Positions 10,052 through 19,084 of a stretch of 53,841 nucleotides of DNA are shown piece by piece. The notes beneath the pieces were generated by a model, which had not been told where the DNA came from, did no database searches, and was given only the letters and a program-made list of their open reading frames with translations. The position numbers and the translations under genes were made by a program. The number at the start of each line of letters is the position of its first letter. Position 1 is the stretch's first letter. The DNA is from Eubacteriales bacterium (GTDB taxonomy: Bacteria > Bacillota > Clostridia > Oscillospirales > CAG-272): the NCBI GenBank assembly GCA_018383975.1, contig JAHAZT010000027.1:1-53841 (forward strand). The letters are read 5' to 3'.

Positions 10052-10121
10052 GCATGTCATTAAAAAAGGTATGAAGCTTGGACAGTGAAAATGCGGCGAT
10101 ATACCCGCAATTTCCGTCGGC

Positions 10122-12143
10122 TTATCTCTGCGAGCCTATTGAAGCTCTGCCGCCCTTGCCCTTGCCTGAGCTCTGTCCGTTATTATTTGAAAGTATTACA
10201 AATACCGCAACGCCCGCCGCAATTACAGCGACAATTGCAAGTATTATAACCACTGTCAGAACGGTGCCGGAGCCTTTGAGCTTCGGAATAGCTTCTCTTC
10301 TTATAACCTCACCGCAAACGGTGCATTTTATAATCTTCGATCCCTTTTCAACTACGGGTGCGCCCTCCGTATGACCCTTTGCAGGGACGATTACTTCGCC
10401 GCACACAAGGCACTTCTGAGGATTTGTACAGGTTGCTTCATCACCGGGAACGTGTCCCTTTGCAGGGACGATTTCTTTGCCGCACACCGTGCAGACCTGC
10501 GGAGTTGTGCAGGTTGCCGCTGCACCGGGAGTATGTCCCTTTGCACTTGCAATAGCCGCGCCGCACACCGTGCAAACCTGCGGAGTTGTACATGTTGCCG
10601 CTGCGCCGGGAGTGTGTCCCTTTGCGGGGATGGTTGTCATATCTTTTGTCGTTCCGCAGTTTCTGCAGACATAGCCCTTGCTACCGCTCGTTGTGCAGGT
10701 CGCGGCTGTTTCCTTCCATTCCCAATCGTGACCCTTTACGCCGATCGTCTCTCTGTAAACGACTTCGCCGCAGTCATTGCATTTCTTTATTACATAGCCC
10801 TCTTCTGTGCAGGTCGCCGCCTTTTCGCTTGTCGTGACATTCGCATGAGTGCATGTTTTCTTTGTTGTTACCCAAAGATAATCGGAGATTTCGCCGGCAC
10901 TTGCCGTTGACGTGGCTTTATATCTCTGATAGAAAAGATATACTTTGCCCTCTTCAAGCTCTGTGAAAAGCGGCGAATCCTGCCATGTTTTCATATCCCT
11001 TGAATATTCGCAACCCGTAACCGCCACGAGCTCAACCGTTGTCTGCGTAACGGTTTTGGCAACAGGCGCGGGCGCCTTCTGCTGTGCCTTGTTAAGCGTG
11101 GAGACAGGCATCATCTCGCTTGCCGCCGTGCCTGTTTTTCTCCAGAAAAGCCAGTATGTTGTTCCGGGCTGAAGTCCCGTGAATGCACCGACGGTCGACC
11201 ATGCACCGCTGCCGCTGAGATTATATTCATAGCCGCTTACGGATTTGACATATATGCTTGTCTCCGTCACAAGCGCGATTTCGGGCTTGTACTGGGGATT
11301 GGGATTCGGCGTGGGGTCTTCAATCGGCGGCTTCGTACTTCCCGTCTGCGGTCCTGCGGTTCCGTTACCGAGTGTGACAACAAGTCCGTCGCTCGGCTCG
11401 CTCGCGGCTATGTTGTCCTTCGCCGGAACGCGCGAATAGAATGTATAGACACCGTTTTTGACAAGTCCGTCAAACACTACCGTCTTGCGCCATTCAACAA
11501 GGTCGCATGAATATTCAAGCACCTCCGTATTGCTCTTTTTAAGCATTACGGAAGTTTCGCCCTTTGAAAGAAGCTCGGGTGCCGAGGCGGGTTTCTCCGC
11601 TCTGCCGTCGGCGCGCTTGACCGTTATTCCGTTGCCGACGCCCTTGGCTTCCCCGAACGACGAATTCGCAGCTTTTCCCGCAAGTGTTTTTACGGATATC
11701 GTAGCTGTATTTTCCGCCGTGGTGATCTTCATTTTGATTTTGATTTTTATTGCTCCGGAAGCCGTTACGGGAGTAACCTCCTTGTCATCGCAGTAAGTCT
11801 CCAGTCTGAGCTCGGTTATTTCGTTTTCATCCACCGTGCTGAATCTTCTTTTCCATGACTGAGGGGTCATCCACTCGACGGACTGATGCTGAAACTGAAA
11901 GTCCTTGTTTGAATATGTAAGAACTATTTCAACCTTTCTGAGTCCGCCCGAAAAAGCGTTGATTCCGTCAATGCTCAATGTGAAAACGCCTTCCTCATTG
12001 TCAACCATGGTTGTCGGACCTGTCATTGTCATTGTATATGCCGTTTTTTCTGTTTCACCTTCACCGGCTGCCGATACGCAGAGCGTAAAGACGGAAAGTA
12101 CGGCGAAAACCGCGGCAAGTGTCAAAGCGATTATTTTTTTCAT
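10122..12143 (-). CDS. Secreted, C-terminally membrane-anchored surface protein with beta-sandwich (cohesin/FN3-like) domains and Cys/His-rich repeats
   Basis: Signal peptide 'MKKIIALTLAAVFAVLSVFTLCVSAA'; three similar 'YS.D...W.....F.GL.....Y.FY.R' units; 'ATCT..CxxCG..KGH' repeats; C-terminal TM helix and charged tail. Confidence 0.8.
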   Translation of the reverse strand: MKKIIALTLAAVFAVLSVFTLCVSAAGEGETEKTAYTMTMTGPTTMVDNEEGVFTLSIDGINAFSGGLRKVEIVLTYSNKDFQFQHQSVEWMTPQSWKRRFSTVDENEITELRLETYCDDKEVTPVTASGAIKIKIKMKITTAENTATISVKTLAGKAANSSFGEAKGVGNGITVKRADGRAEKPASAPELLSKGETSVMLKKSNTEVLEYSCDLVEWRKTVVFDGLVKNGVYTFYSRVPAKDNIAASEPSDGLVVTLGNGTAGPQTGSTKPPIEDPTPNPNPQYKPEIALVTETSIYVKSVSGYEYNLSGSGAWSTVGAFTGLQPGTTYWLFWRKTGTAASEMMPVSTLNKAQQKAPAPVAKTVTQTTVELVAVTGCEYSRDMKTWQDSPLFTELEEGKVYLFYQRYKATSTASAGEISDYLWVTTKKTCTHANVTTSEKAATCTEEGYVIKKCNDCGEVVYRETIGVKGHDWEWKETAATCTTSGSKGYVCRNCGTTKDMTTIPAKGHTPGAAATCTTPQVCTVCGAAIASAKGHTPGAAATCTTPQVCTVCGKEIVPAKGHVPGDEATCTNPQKCLVCGEVIVPAKGHTEGAPVVEKGSKIIKCTVCGEVIRREAIPKLKGSGTVLTVVIILAIVAVIAAGVAVFVILSNNNGQSSGKGKGGRASIGSQR
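10370..10630 (-). repeat. Intragenic 81-bp (27-aa) tandem repeat, KGHTPGAAATCTTPQVCTVCG
   Basis: Near-identical DNA copies about 81 bp apart (approx. 10486-10544 and 10567-10625), plus degenerate flanking copies. Confidence 0.9.
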
Positions 12144-12198
12144 CTTGATTCCTCCGTTTTGTGATTTATGCGCATTTGTGTTTCCGACCGACGGCAAT

Positions 12199-12717
12199 TC
12201 AGTTTTTCAATGCCGTGGCGATAACTTCCTGAAGCTCCGAATCGGAAAGCGCAGACTTTGTATAGAGCGTGCATTTCATTTCATACTCTTTGCCTTCGTA
12301 TCTGAGCCATTCAACGATTCTTCCGCCATCCGTCAGGGTTATGTAAATATACATTGTTCCGCCTTCGTTATACGATCTCATCTGGTTGGGATCGACAGGC
12401 GTTGTAACACCGTGAATGTCCGAATAATCAAGAGACTTCGCTCCGCGGAAAACAAAGTCATTTTCCTTGTATGTGAACTCAATCTGACCGATGTCTTTGC
12501 CGACAATTGAATATTTGGGATTTGAAACGACAGTTTTGTTCACTTCCATTACAATCCGGAGTTGCTCGAAAATTTCATTTACTTTGAGTGTTTCTTTGAC
12601 TGCGGTCGTTGTTGTTGCACCGGAAGTTTCGGTGACTGACGGCTCTTTTCGGCACGCGCAGCAGAGCGCCGCCGTGACAAGAACAATCGCCAAAAGAATT
12701 GCTGCTTGCTTTTTCAT
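12199..12717 (-). CDS. Hypothetical lipoprotein
   Basis: GGAGG then ATG at 12717; 'MKKQAAILLAIVLVTAALCCAC' lipoprotein signal and Thr-rich linker. Confidence 0.75.
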   Translation of the reverse strand: MKKQAAILLAIVLVTAALCCACRKEPSVTETSGATTTTAVKETLKVNEIFEQLRIVMEVNKTVVSNPKYSIVGKDIGQIEFTYKENDFVFRGAKSLDYSDIHGVTTPVDPNQMRSYNEGGTMYIYITLTDGGRIVEWLRYEGKEYEMKCTLYTKSALSDSELQEVIATALKN

Positions 12718-12846
12718 TTTTTCTTTTCCTCCGTACAAAAAATCTATACGTCTCTCCGGACGAAAAACGCACCGGAACACATTCGCAATGTCTTCATCGA
12801 AAATTATATCATAAAAAATCCGAAAATAAAAGTGTATTTTGTTAAA

Positions 12847-13209
12847 TTATTTTATCGAACCCGTTGCTATTATGTCGCTTTCTCCGCAAACGGCGGGCAA
12901 AACGACGTCGCCCTGCTCAACCGGAGCGTTGACGGTAACCGTTGAAAGCGCTTTCATAGCGTCAAAAAGTTTTTCCTTTGATATGGGCGCACTCGTCTTT
13001 ACGGGCAGATATGCGCCTTCCCTGTTTGCGACTCTGACGGTCGTCGTGAGCGTTCTCGTCGGGTGTGTCAGCTCGGATATTGCGTATTTTTCGCCTCTCG
13101 GGCAGGTGTTTCCCGTCACGATAAAGCCGTCTGCCGTTTTTTCCGCCGTGACAACACAACCTATCGGGCAGTTTATGCAAATCATTTCTTTCTTTTCGCC
13201 GATATTCAC
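12847..13209 (-). CDS. DUF1667-type small CxxC protein
   Basis: 'CINCPIGC', 'GNTCPRGEKYA', 'PTRTLTTTV', 'PVKTSAPI'; typical third gene of this oxidoreductase cluster. Confidence 0.85.
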   Translation of the reverse strand: MNIGEKKEMICINCPIGCVVTAEKTADGFIVTGNTCPRGEKYAISELTHPTRTLTTTVRVANREGAYLPVKTSAPISKEKLFDAMKALSTVTVNAPVEQGDVVLPAVCGESDIIATGSIK

Positions 13210-13219
13210 AGTTATTACC

Positions 13220-14491
13220 TCACTTTACTATTTCAACGGTGATATCGCCGTCACATTCCGTGAGCTGTTCGCCTTTTATGCGGACAAACTCCATTTCGCC
13301 GGGCGCAACCTTGCGCTTTTTCTGAAGAAGAAGTTCCTTCTCCCCGCAGGAAACACGAACCCTGACGTTCTCCATAACCGCGCCGACTCTGAAATAAATC
13401 TTGATATCATCGGGGTTTTCCGTAACGTCAACTCTCTGCGGAACGGTGTATCTCACGCCACCCGTTGCGATAACGGCAAGCCTGCGGACGTATTCCGGCT
13501 CCTTGCAGCCGGCTTTGACAAATTCCGCGGCACTCTTGCCCGCAAGCTCCGCTTCCTCGGAAACATAGTCAACAAGGTCGTGAACGTGGAGAACGTTGCC
13601 GCAGGAATAAACGCCCGTCTGCTCCGTTCTTCTGTTCTGATTGACCGTAGCACCTCCCGTCACCCTGTCAAGCTCTATGCCGGCGCCCTTTGTCAGTTCG
13701 TTCTCCGGAAGAAGTCCGCAGGAGAGGAGGAGCGTATCACATTCTATATATTCGCTTTTTTCGGGAATTACGCGCAGGTGCTCGTCGACCTCGGAGACCG
13801 TAACCCCTTCAACTCTCTCTTTTCCGTGTATCTTTGATACCGTGTGACTAAGTCTCAGAGGAATATCGAAATCGTTCAGACACTGGACGATGTTTCTGTT
13901 CAGTCCGCCGGAATAAGGCATAAGCTCGCATACAACCTTGACGTTTGCTCCTTCAAGCGTCATTCTTCTCGCCATAATGAGACCGATGTCTCCCGAACCG
14001 AGAATAACAACATTTTTTCCGGGCATTTCGCCTTTTATATTGATAAATCTCTGTGCCGTGCCCGCCGTATACACGCCCGCGGGACGCTCGCCGGGAATAT
14101 TGAGCTGTCCTCGGCTTCTTTCGCGGCAACCCATCGCAAGAACAACCGCTCCCGCGTCGATGGTGAACACACCGCTTTCGCTGTTCATCGCCGTGACGGT
14201 ATGCCTGCCGTTTTCGCCCTGTTCAATTCCGAGCACCATCGTTTTCACGATATACGGAATTTCCCTTTCGAGCACCATTTTTTTATATCTGTCCGCATAT
14301 TCGGGGCCTGTCAGCTCCTCGCCGAAGCGGTGAAGCCCGAAGCCGTTGTGTATGCACTGGCGGAGAATTCCGCCCAGCCCTTCGTCACGCTCGATTATAA
14401 GTATATTCTTTACGCCGTTGTCATAAGCGGAAACGGCAGCCGCCATTCCCGCGGGGCCTCCGCCTATGATGGCAATATCACATTTTTTCAT
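13220..14491 (-). CDS. NAD(P)/FAD-dependent pyridine nucleotide-disulfide oxidoreductase
   Basis: 'GGGPAGMAAA', 'GGILRQCIHNGFG', 'LAMGCRER', 'GSGDIGLIMARR', 'GNVLHVHDLVD'. Confidence 0.9.
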   Translation of the reverse strand: MKKCDIAIIGGGPAGMAAAVSAYDNGVKNILIIERDEGLGGILRQCIHNGFGLHRFGEELTGPEYADRYKKMVLEREIPYIVKTMVLGIEQGENGRHTVTAMNSESGVFTIDAGAVVLAMGCRERSRGQLNIPGERPAGVYTAGTAQRFINIKGEMPGKNVVILGSGDIGLIMARRMTLEGANVKVVCELMPYSGGLNRNIVQCLNDFDIPLRLSHTVSKIHGKERVEGVTVSEVDEHLRVIPEKSEYIECDTLLLSCGLLPENELTKGAGIELDRVTGGATVNQNRRTEQTGVYSCGNVLHVHDLVDYVSEEAELAGKSAAEFVKAGCKEPEYVRRLAVIATGGVRYTVPQRVDVTENPDDIKIYFRVGAVMENVRVRVSCGEKELLLQKKRKVAPGEMEFVRIKGEQLTECDGDITVEIVK

Positions 14492-14509
14492 TTTGAAACA
14501 CCCTCCGCC

Positions 14510-15943
14510 TTATTTTCTCTTTCCGAGCAAAAGTCTTGAACCGCCGCCGGTTTTCGTCACCTGATTTTCGGCAATTCCCAGTTCCTTTGCGATAAGCTCC
14601 GTAACAAACGGTGTGCAGAAGCCCGCCTGACAACGTCCCATTCCGGCTCTTGTCCTGCGCTTGATGCCATCCGTTGTCGTCGCCTTCGGATTTTGTCTTA
14701 TGGCAGAGAGGATCTCCCCCTCCGTAACCGTTTCACAACGGCAGATAACCCTTCCGTATGACGGGTCATTTTTTATCATCTCGTTCTTTTCCGCGTCGGA
14801 AAGAGTGCGGAAGTGTTTGCACGAAATGCGTGTGCCGACGTATTCGGGATTTTCTTCAAGTCCGAGTCCCGCGTCTTTGAGAAGATTTACGATATATTCC
14901 GCTATCGCGGGTGACGACGAAAGTCCGGGGGAGTCAATTCCGATTGCGTTTACGGCTCTCGGAGAGTGCTTTGAGATTTCAAGAACGAAGTCCTCGCTTT
15001 CCTCGAAAGAGGAGCGCAGTCCCGCAAACGACGTTATGACAGCTCTGTAATTTATGCCGTCCACAGAAAGAGAAGCTTTCGCTTTTATCGTATCAAGTCC
15101 TTCGAGGGTTGTTGTTTTGTCGTCTCTTTCCGTCTTTTCCGATGTGGGCCCCACAAGAAGGTTTCCGTCGACGGTGGGCGTTACGAGTATTCCCTTGCCG
15201 GCTTTTGTCGGCGTTTGGAAAATCGTTCTCGAAACGAGCCCGCCCTCGGATTTGTCAAGGAGCATATACTCGCCCTTCTTTGCGACAAGATGATAGTCGT
15301 CGCCGTAAAGACGGGCAACCTCGTCAGAGCCGAGCCCCGCAGCATTTACAATGTATTTTGCCTTTATCTCGTCTCCGCCTTCGGATCTGAGCGTATAAAA
15401 TTCGCCGTCATCGGATATAGACGTAACCCTGAAATTGCAGACAAGGTCGGTACCGTTATCCATAGCGTTGCCAACTGCGGCAATCGTCAGGTCATAAGGG
15501 CAGACAATGCCGGACGATTTGCAAAGCAAAGCGCCGACAACATTTTTTGAAAGCGCAGGCTCAAGCCTTCTCGCCTCGTCTCCGGTTATGACGGAAATCT
15601 CCGGCACGCCGTTTGTTTTTCCTCTTTCGTAAAGCATTTTGACGTGTTCAAGCTGTTCCTCATCAAATGCGACAACCATCGACCCGTTGTTTTTATAGTG
15701 AACATCAAGTCTGCGACAAAGGTCTGCCATCATAGCCGCGCCCTTCACGTTGAGCTTTGCCTTCAACGTTTCGGGGACGGGGTCGTACCCGCCGTGAACA
15801 ATCGCGCTGTTCGCCTTTGTGGCTCCGAGCGCAACATCAGCTCCGGCTTCGACAATGCAAACGCCGAGCCTGTACCTTGCGAGAGCCGCCGCCGTAAGTC
15901 CGCCGGTAACTCCCGCTCCGATAACCGCAACATCGTAATTCAT
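14510..15943 (-). CDS. FAD-dependent glycerol-3-phosphate dehydrogenase/L-2-hydroxyglutarate oxidase-like protein with a C-terminal BFD-like [2Fe-2S] domain
   Basis: 'GAGVTG', 'TKANSAIVHGGYD', 'GIDSPGLSSSPAIA', 'CRCETVTEGEI', 'RTRAGMGRCQAGFC'; start at 'MNYDVAV' after GGAG. Confidence 0.88.
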   Translation of the reverse strand: MNYDVAVIGAGVTGGLTAAALARYRLGVCIVEAGADVALGATKANSAIVHGGYDPVPETLKAKLNVKGAAMMADLCRRLDVHYKNNGSMVVAFDEEQLEHVKMLYERGKTNGVPEISVITGDEARRLEPALSKNVVGALLCKSSGIVCPYDLTIAAVGNAMDNGTDLVCNFRVTSISDDGEFYTLRSEGGDEIKAKYIVNAAGLGSDEVARLYGDDYHLVAKKGEYMLLDKSEGGLVSRTIFQTPTKAGKGILVTPTVDGNLLVGPTSEKTERDDKTTTLEGLDTIKAKASLSVDGINYRAVITSFAGLRSSFEESEDFVLEISKHSPRAVNAIGIDSPGLSSSPAIAEYIVNLLKDAGLGLEENPEYVGTRISCKHFRTLSDAEKNEMIKNDPSYGRVICRCETVTEGEILSAIRQNPKATTTDGIKRRTRAGMGRCQAGFCTPFVTELIAKELGIAENQVTKTGGGSRLLLGKRK

Positions 15944-15963
15944 TTTTCTGTATCTCCAAATCT

Positions 15964-16791
15964 TTATTTCAATACGTCGGGGATGCAGCTTGCGTCCCCA
16001 ACAATGTAATCTATGTTGTATTCTGTTTTCCTTGCCTGCTCTTCCGTCGTTTCGCCGCTTAAAACAAGCATAGTTCTGACGCCGGCGTTTATTCCGCAGG
16101 CAATGTCCGTATACATTCTGTCGCCTATGACAAGCGTATTCTCTTTGCACACGGAGGGGTCTGTTTTCTTTGTTTTTTCAATCGCAAGAAGCGGCATTTC
16201 GGGACGCGGCTTGCCGATATAATACGGCTTTTTGCCCGTAGCGTTGAAAATCATTCCGCAGACGGAGCCGCAATCGGGAACGTAACCGTATTCCGTCGGA
16301 CAGACAAGGTCCGGATTTGCCGCAATAAACGGAATATCCTTATCCGTAAGCAAACGGGAAACATCGTCCAGCTTTTTGTATGTAAGCTCCGTGTCATACC
16401 CCATAACAACGCCTTCTATATCATCGGAATAGTCCTCCCGAACGCAGACGCCCGCTTCACGCAGTTCTTTTTTGAATGACTCCGTTCCGGCAACATAAAG
16501 CTGCTTCCCGCGGAGATTTGCATTCAGATATAGGGCTGTTGCCTGCGACGACGTTATAAAGTCGCTTTCGCTTGCTTTTATGCCGAGTCTTTCCAGCTTT
16601 TTGACATAAGCCGAAACGCTTTTCGAGGAATTGTTCGTCATAAAAAGGTACGTTTTTCCCTGTCTCCGTATCACGGAAAGCATTTCCTTTGTGAACGGAA
16701 AAAGATTATCGCCGAGGTATATCGTCCCGTCCATATCGAAGAGGAAAAGACGTATTTCGGCGATTTTTTTGATATCGCCCTTGATTATCAT
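15964..16791 (-). CDS. HAD-IIA family (NagD-like) phosphatase
   Basis: 'FDMDGT', 'TNNSSK', 'GKP', 'IGDRMYTDI', 'VLSGET'; ATGA overlap with the araC stop. Confidence 0.9.
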   Translation of the reverse strand: MIIKGDIKKIAEIRLFLFDMDGTIYLGDNLFPFTKEMLSVIRRQGKTYLFMTNNSSKSVSAYVKKLERLGIKASESDFITSSQATALYLNANLRGKQLYVAGTESFKKELREAGVCVREDYSDDIEGVVMGYDTELTYKKLDDVSRLLTDKDIPFIAANPDLVCPTEYGYVPDCGSVCGMIFNATGKKPYYIGKPRPEMPLLAIEKTKKTDPSVCKENTLVIGDRMYTDIACGINAGVRTMLVLSGETTEEQARKTEYNIDYIVGDASCIPDVLK

Positions 16792-17624
16792 ATTATTCTT
16801 TCTGTTGCCTTTCTGTACTCGGTCGGACAAATGCCGTATTTCTTGCGGAAAAGCGCGGAAAAATAGAGCTGATTGTCGTAACCGAGCATTTTTGATATTT
16901 CGCCTATCGGAAGCTCGCCGAGGGCAAGCATCTCCCTTGCTATACGCAGCTTTTCCGATATGATGAAGTCCTTCGGGGCATATCCGAGCAGCCTTCTGAA
17001 CATACGGTAAAACGAGTCCGGCGTCATGCCGAGAATATCCGAAAGCTCGCTCTGAAGAATATTTTTTCTTATGTTTACGTGTATGTACTGAAGCACCTCG
17101 GCAAGCTTTTCGTGCCGTTCCATTATGTCGCTCCCGCCCGATTTGGGCAGGGCTCCGTCCAGAACCGTCCTTGCGAGACGGTAAATATCAGATTGCATTT
17201 TGACGGCGTTTTCAAGACGGGCGTTTGTAAACTCCCTGTCGGAAAAGAGCGAGCAAAGCTCCTTGCATAGAGCCGTTATTTCCCTGCCGGTATCTCCGCC
17301 GAAATGAGTTTCAAAATCAAAAAGCGAAAAGACCCGAAGGTTTGAATATACAAAAAGACTGACCGCGGCAAAGACTATCGCGCTTTCTTCGCAGACGTCG
17401 AGCGTATATTCCGTGTCGCACGGAACAAGCACCGCTTCCCCTTCCGATACGGCTATCTGTTTTTCGCCGGTGTCGATAAGAAAGCTTCCCTCTTCCGCGC
17501 AAAGAAAAAGCTCAAAAGGCAATTTTGTTGCAAGAACCGTTTCATTATGACGGTATTCTCTTCTTCCCGAAAGCATAAGCCCTGCGGAAACCGTGTTTTC
17601 AAGTGTCAGCTTTTCCAAATTCAT
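16788..17624 (-). CDS. AraC family transcriptional regulator
   Basis: C-terminal double HTH 'IGEISKMLGYDNQLYFSALFRKKYGICPTEYR'; N-terminal cupin-like region. Confidence 0.9.
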   Translation of the reverse strand: MNLEKLTLENTVSAGLMLSGRREYRHNETVLATKLPFELFLCAEEGSFLIDTGEKQIAVSEGEAVLVPCDTEYTLDVCEESAIVFAAVSLFVYSNLRVFSLFDFETHFGGDTGREITALCKELCSLFSDREFTNARLENAVKMQSDIYRLARTVLDGALPKSGGSDIMERHEKLAEVLQYIHVNIRKNILQSELSDILGMTPDSFYRMFRRLLGYAPKDFIISEKLRIAREMLALGELPIGEISKMLGYDNQLYFSALFRKKYGICPTEYRKATERII

Positions 17625-17635
17625 CCCTCCGTTTT

Positions 17636-18355
17636 TTATTTTTTCGATATGTAGAAAACATAGTACAGCACAACTGCGACAACGGACACTACCGTCAGAA
17701 CTCCGAGGACGATAATATTGTTTCTGGTAAACTTCGGTTTTGACTCCGTGTATGGCGTCAGCTTCATCTTCGACATAAACGGAACCATCGCAAAGAGGAA
17801 TATCGAAAGAAGAAGCGACTCCGCCGGAAAAAGAGCGGCGTTTTTCAGCGTTCTCGCAAGCGTGAAAAGCTTATATGTTTTTTCGGTTGCGAAATAAATG
17901 CTTTGCCAACGCATTATTATCGGCGTAAGAAGCAGATTGCAGACGATGACGACGGAAAATCTCGCAAGTATCACCCTGCCGACGGAAAGCCTCGTTCTGT
18001 AAAGGAAAAGTCCGAAAATGAACGAGCTCATCATCGCCGTGATTATAAACGGGAAGAAATAATCTCCGTGCGGAAAAAGAAACGCGCCGAGAGTATCGCT
18101 TATCGCTCCGCTCGCAAGCCCGACAAGCGGACCGTACACCATCGAGCCCAATGCGTTTGCAAAAAAGCCGACGGATATATAAAGAGCGTTCGGTATCAGC
18201 GGGATACTCAAACCCCGCAGTGTGACGCGGAGCGCGGTTATCATAGCCGCAATGATTATTGTTCTCGGATTTGCAAATTCCGAGGCTGCCCGCTTCCAAT
18301 AACTCCTGTTGAACGGAGACGGAAAACATTCAAGAGAAGTCCCTGCCTTATTCAT
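17636..18355 (-). CDS. folT: Folate-family ECF transporter S component
   Basis: 'GSMVYGPLVG', 'SDTLGAFLFPHGDYFFPF', 'CNLLLTP', 'RTLKN'; multiple TM helices; GGGGG RBS before ATG at 18355. Confidence 0.8.
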   Translation of the reverse strand: MNKAGTSLECFPSPFNRSYWKRAASEFANPRTIIIAAMITALRVTLRGLSIPLIPNALYISVGFFANALGSMVYGPLVGLASGAISDTLGAFLFPHGDYFFPFIITAMMSSFIFGLFLYRTRLSVGRVILARFSVVIVCNLLLTPIIMRWQSIYFATEKTYKLFTLARTLKNAALFPAESLLLSIFLFAMVPFMSKMKLTPYTESKPKFTRNNIIVLGVLTVVSVVAVVLYYVFYISKK

Positions 18356-18523
18356 CCGTTTTCCCCCTTTTGATGAATTTCTCCGCCGCAGACGAAGCGC
18401 GGAAAACATCCCCTCGCCGTCGGCAACGGAATCGCAACGCCGATAATGCGGTCGGGGCGAAAGGCAATCGCCTTTCTGCCCGTCGCTTGCGTGCGCTCCG
18501 TGATGTCCTGATATATCAGAATG

Positions 18524-18552
18524 ATTATATCACTAAAAAAAACATAATTCAA
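18524..18552 (-). promoter_or_regulatory. sigmaA promoter of folT
   Basis: Minus strand TTGAAT, 17-nt spacer ending TGa, TATAAT; implies a leader of about 160 nt. Confidence 0.7.
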
Positions 18553-18591
18553 TAGAAAGAGACAAATTTATATACGTTTTTTACGCAGATA

Positions 18592-19035
18592 TCACCCTTT
18601 CAGCAACGAAAGAAAAGCGGAAGAAATTCTTTCCGTATCGCAGGTTGCGCCCTTGGCAAAAAGGACGTAATCTCTATAATAAATAAATTCCGTATTTTCG
18701 GATGGGTCGCACGGGACGGGCTCGTAATTGCTCTTCATTTCGGCACATAGGCGTTCTGCGTCAATTGCGGTTTTCGTCTTTATCAGTATCAGTTCAAACC
18801 CGTCCGAAGAAAAAACCGGAGAAAATATTTTCGCGTTTTCGACGCCGTTTTTATAAGTTTTTTCGGAAATGCCGATGATATAGCAGTCGTCTTCTTTTAT
18901 GTCTTTATCCGTAAGCTCCCTTCCGGACGCGCTTTTTACGGTTTCCGACATTTCGGAAAAAGATATATTTTTCGCTTCGCCGCATGAACAGAGTACAATC
19001 AGCAGCGCGAGAAAAATCATTGAAAATTTTTTCAT
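18592..19035 (-). CDS. Hypothetical lipoprotein (DUF4358-like)
   Basis: 'MKKFSMIFLALLIVLCSC' lipobox; GAGGTG RBS. Family call is tentative. Confidence 0.7.
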   Translation of the reverse strand: MKKFSMIFLALLIVLCSCGEAKNISFSEMSETVKSASGRELTDKDIKEDDCYIIGISEKTYKNGVENAKIFSPVFSSDGFELILIKTKTAIDAERLCAEMKSNYEPVPCDPSENTEFIYYRDYVLFAKGATCDTERISSAFLSLLKG

Positions 19036-19038
19036 AAA

Positions 19039-19071
19039 AAATCACCTCAACGCTATTGTTTGAGGTGATTT
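19039..19071 (-). terminator. polA terminator hairpin overlapping the RBS of the next gene
   Basis: Minus strand AAATCACCTCAA / TTGAGGTGATTT followed by TTT-ATG. Confidence 0.7.
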
Positions 19072-19084
19072 GAGATTTTATTCA

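Noticed and set aside
10370-10630. CRISPR-like periodic repeat
   Set aside because: The repeats are in-frame coding units with synonymous changes, and there are no unique spacers or cas genes.
14510-16150. N-terminal extensions in the ORF track (also 40508, 12197, 18409, 37756, 51038)
   Set aside because: They overlap upstream genes, promoters or leaders; downstream starts with clear RBSs fit the family N-termini.
18352-18552. 66-aa ORF over the folT leader as a leader peptide
   Set aside because: Its start is the -35 box of the promoter, upstream of the TSS, with no RBS or codon enrichment.
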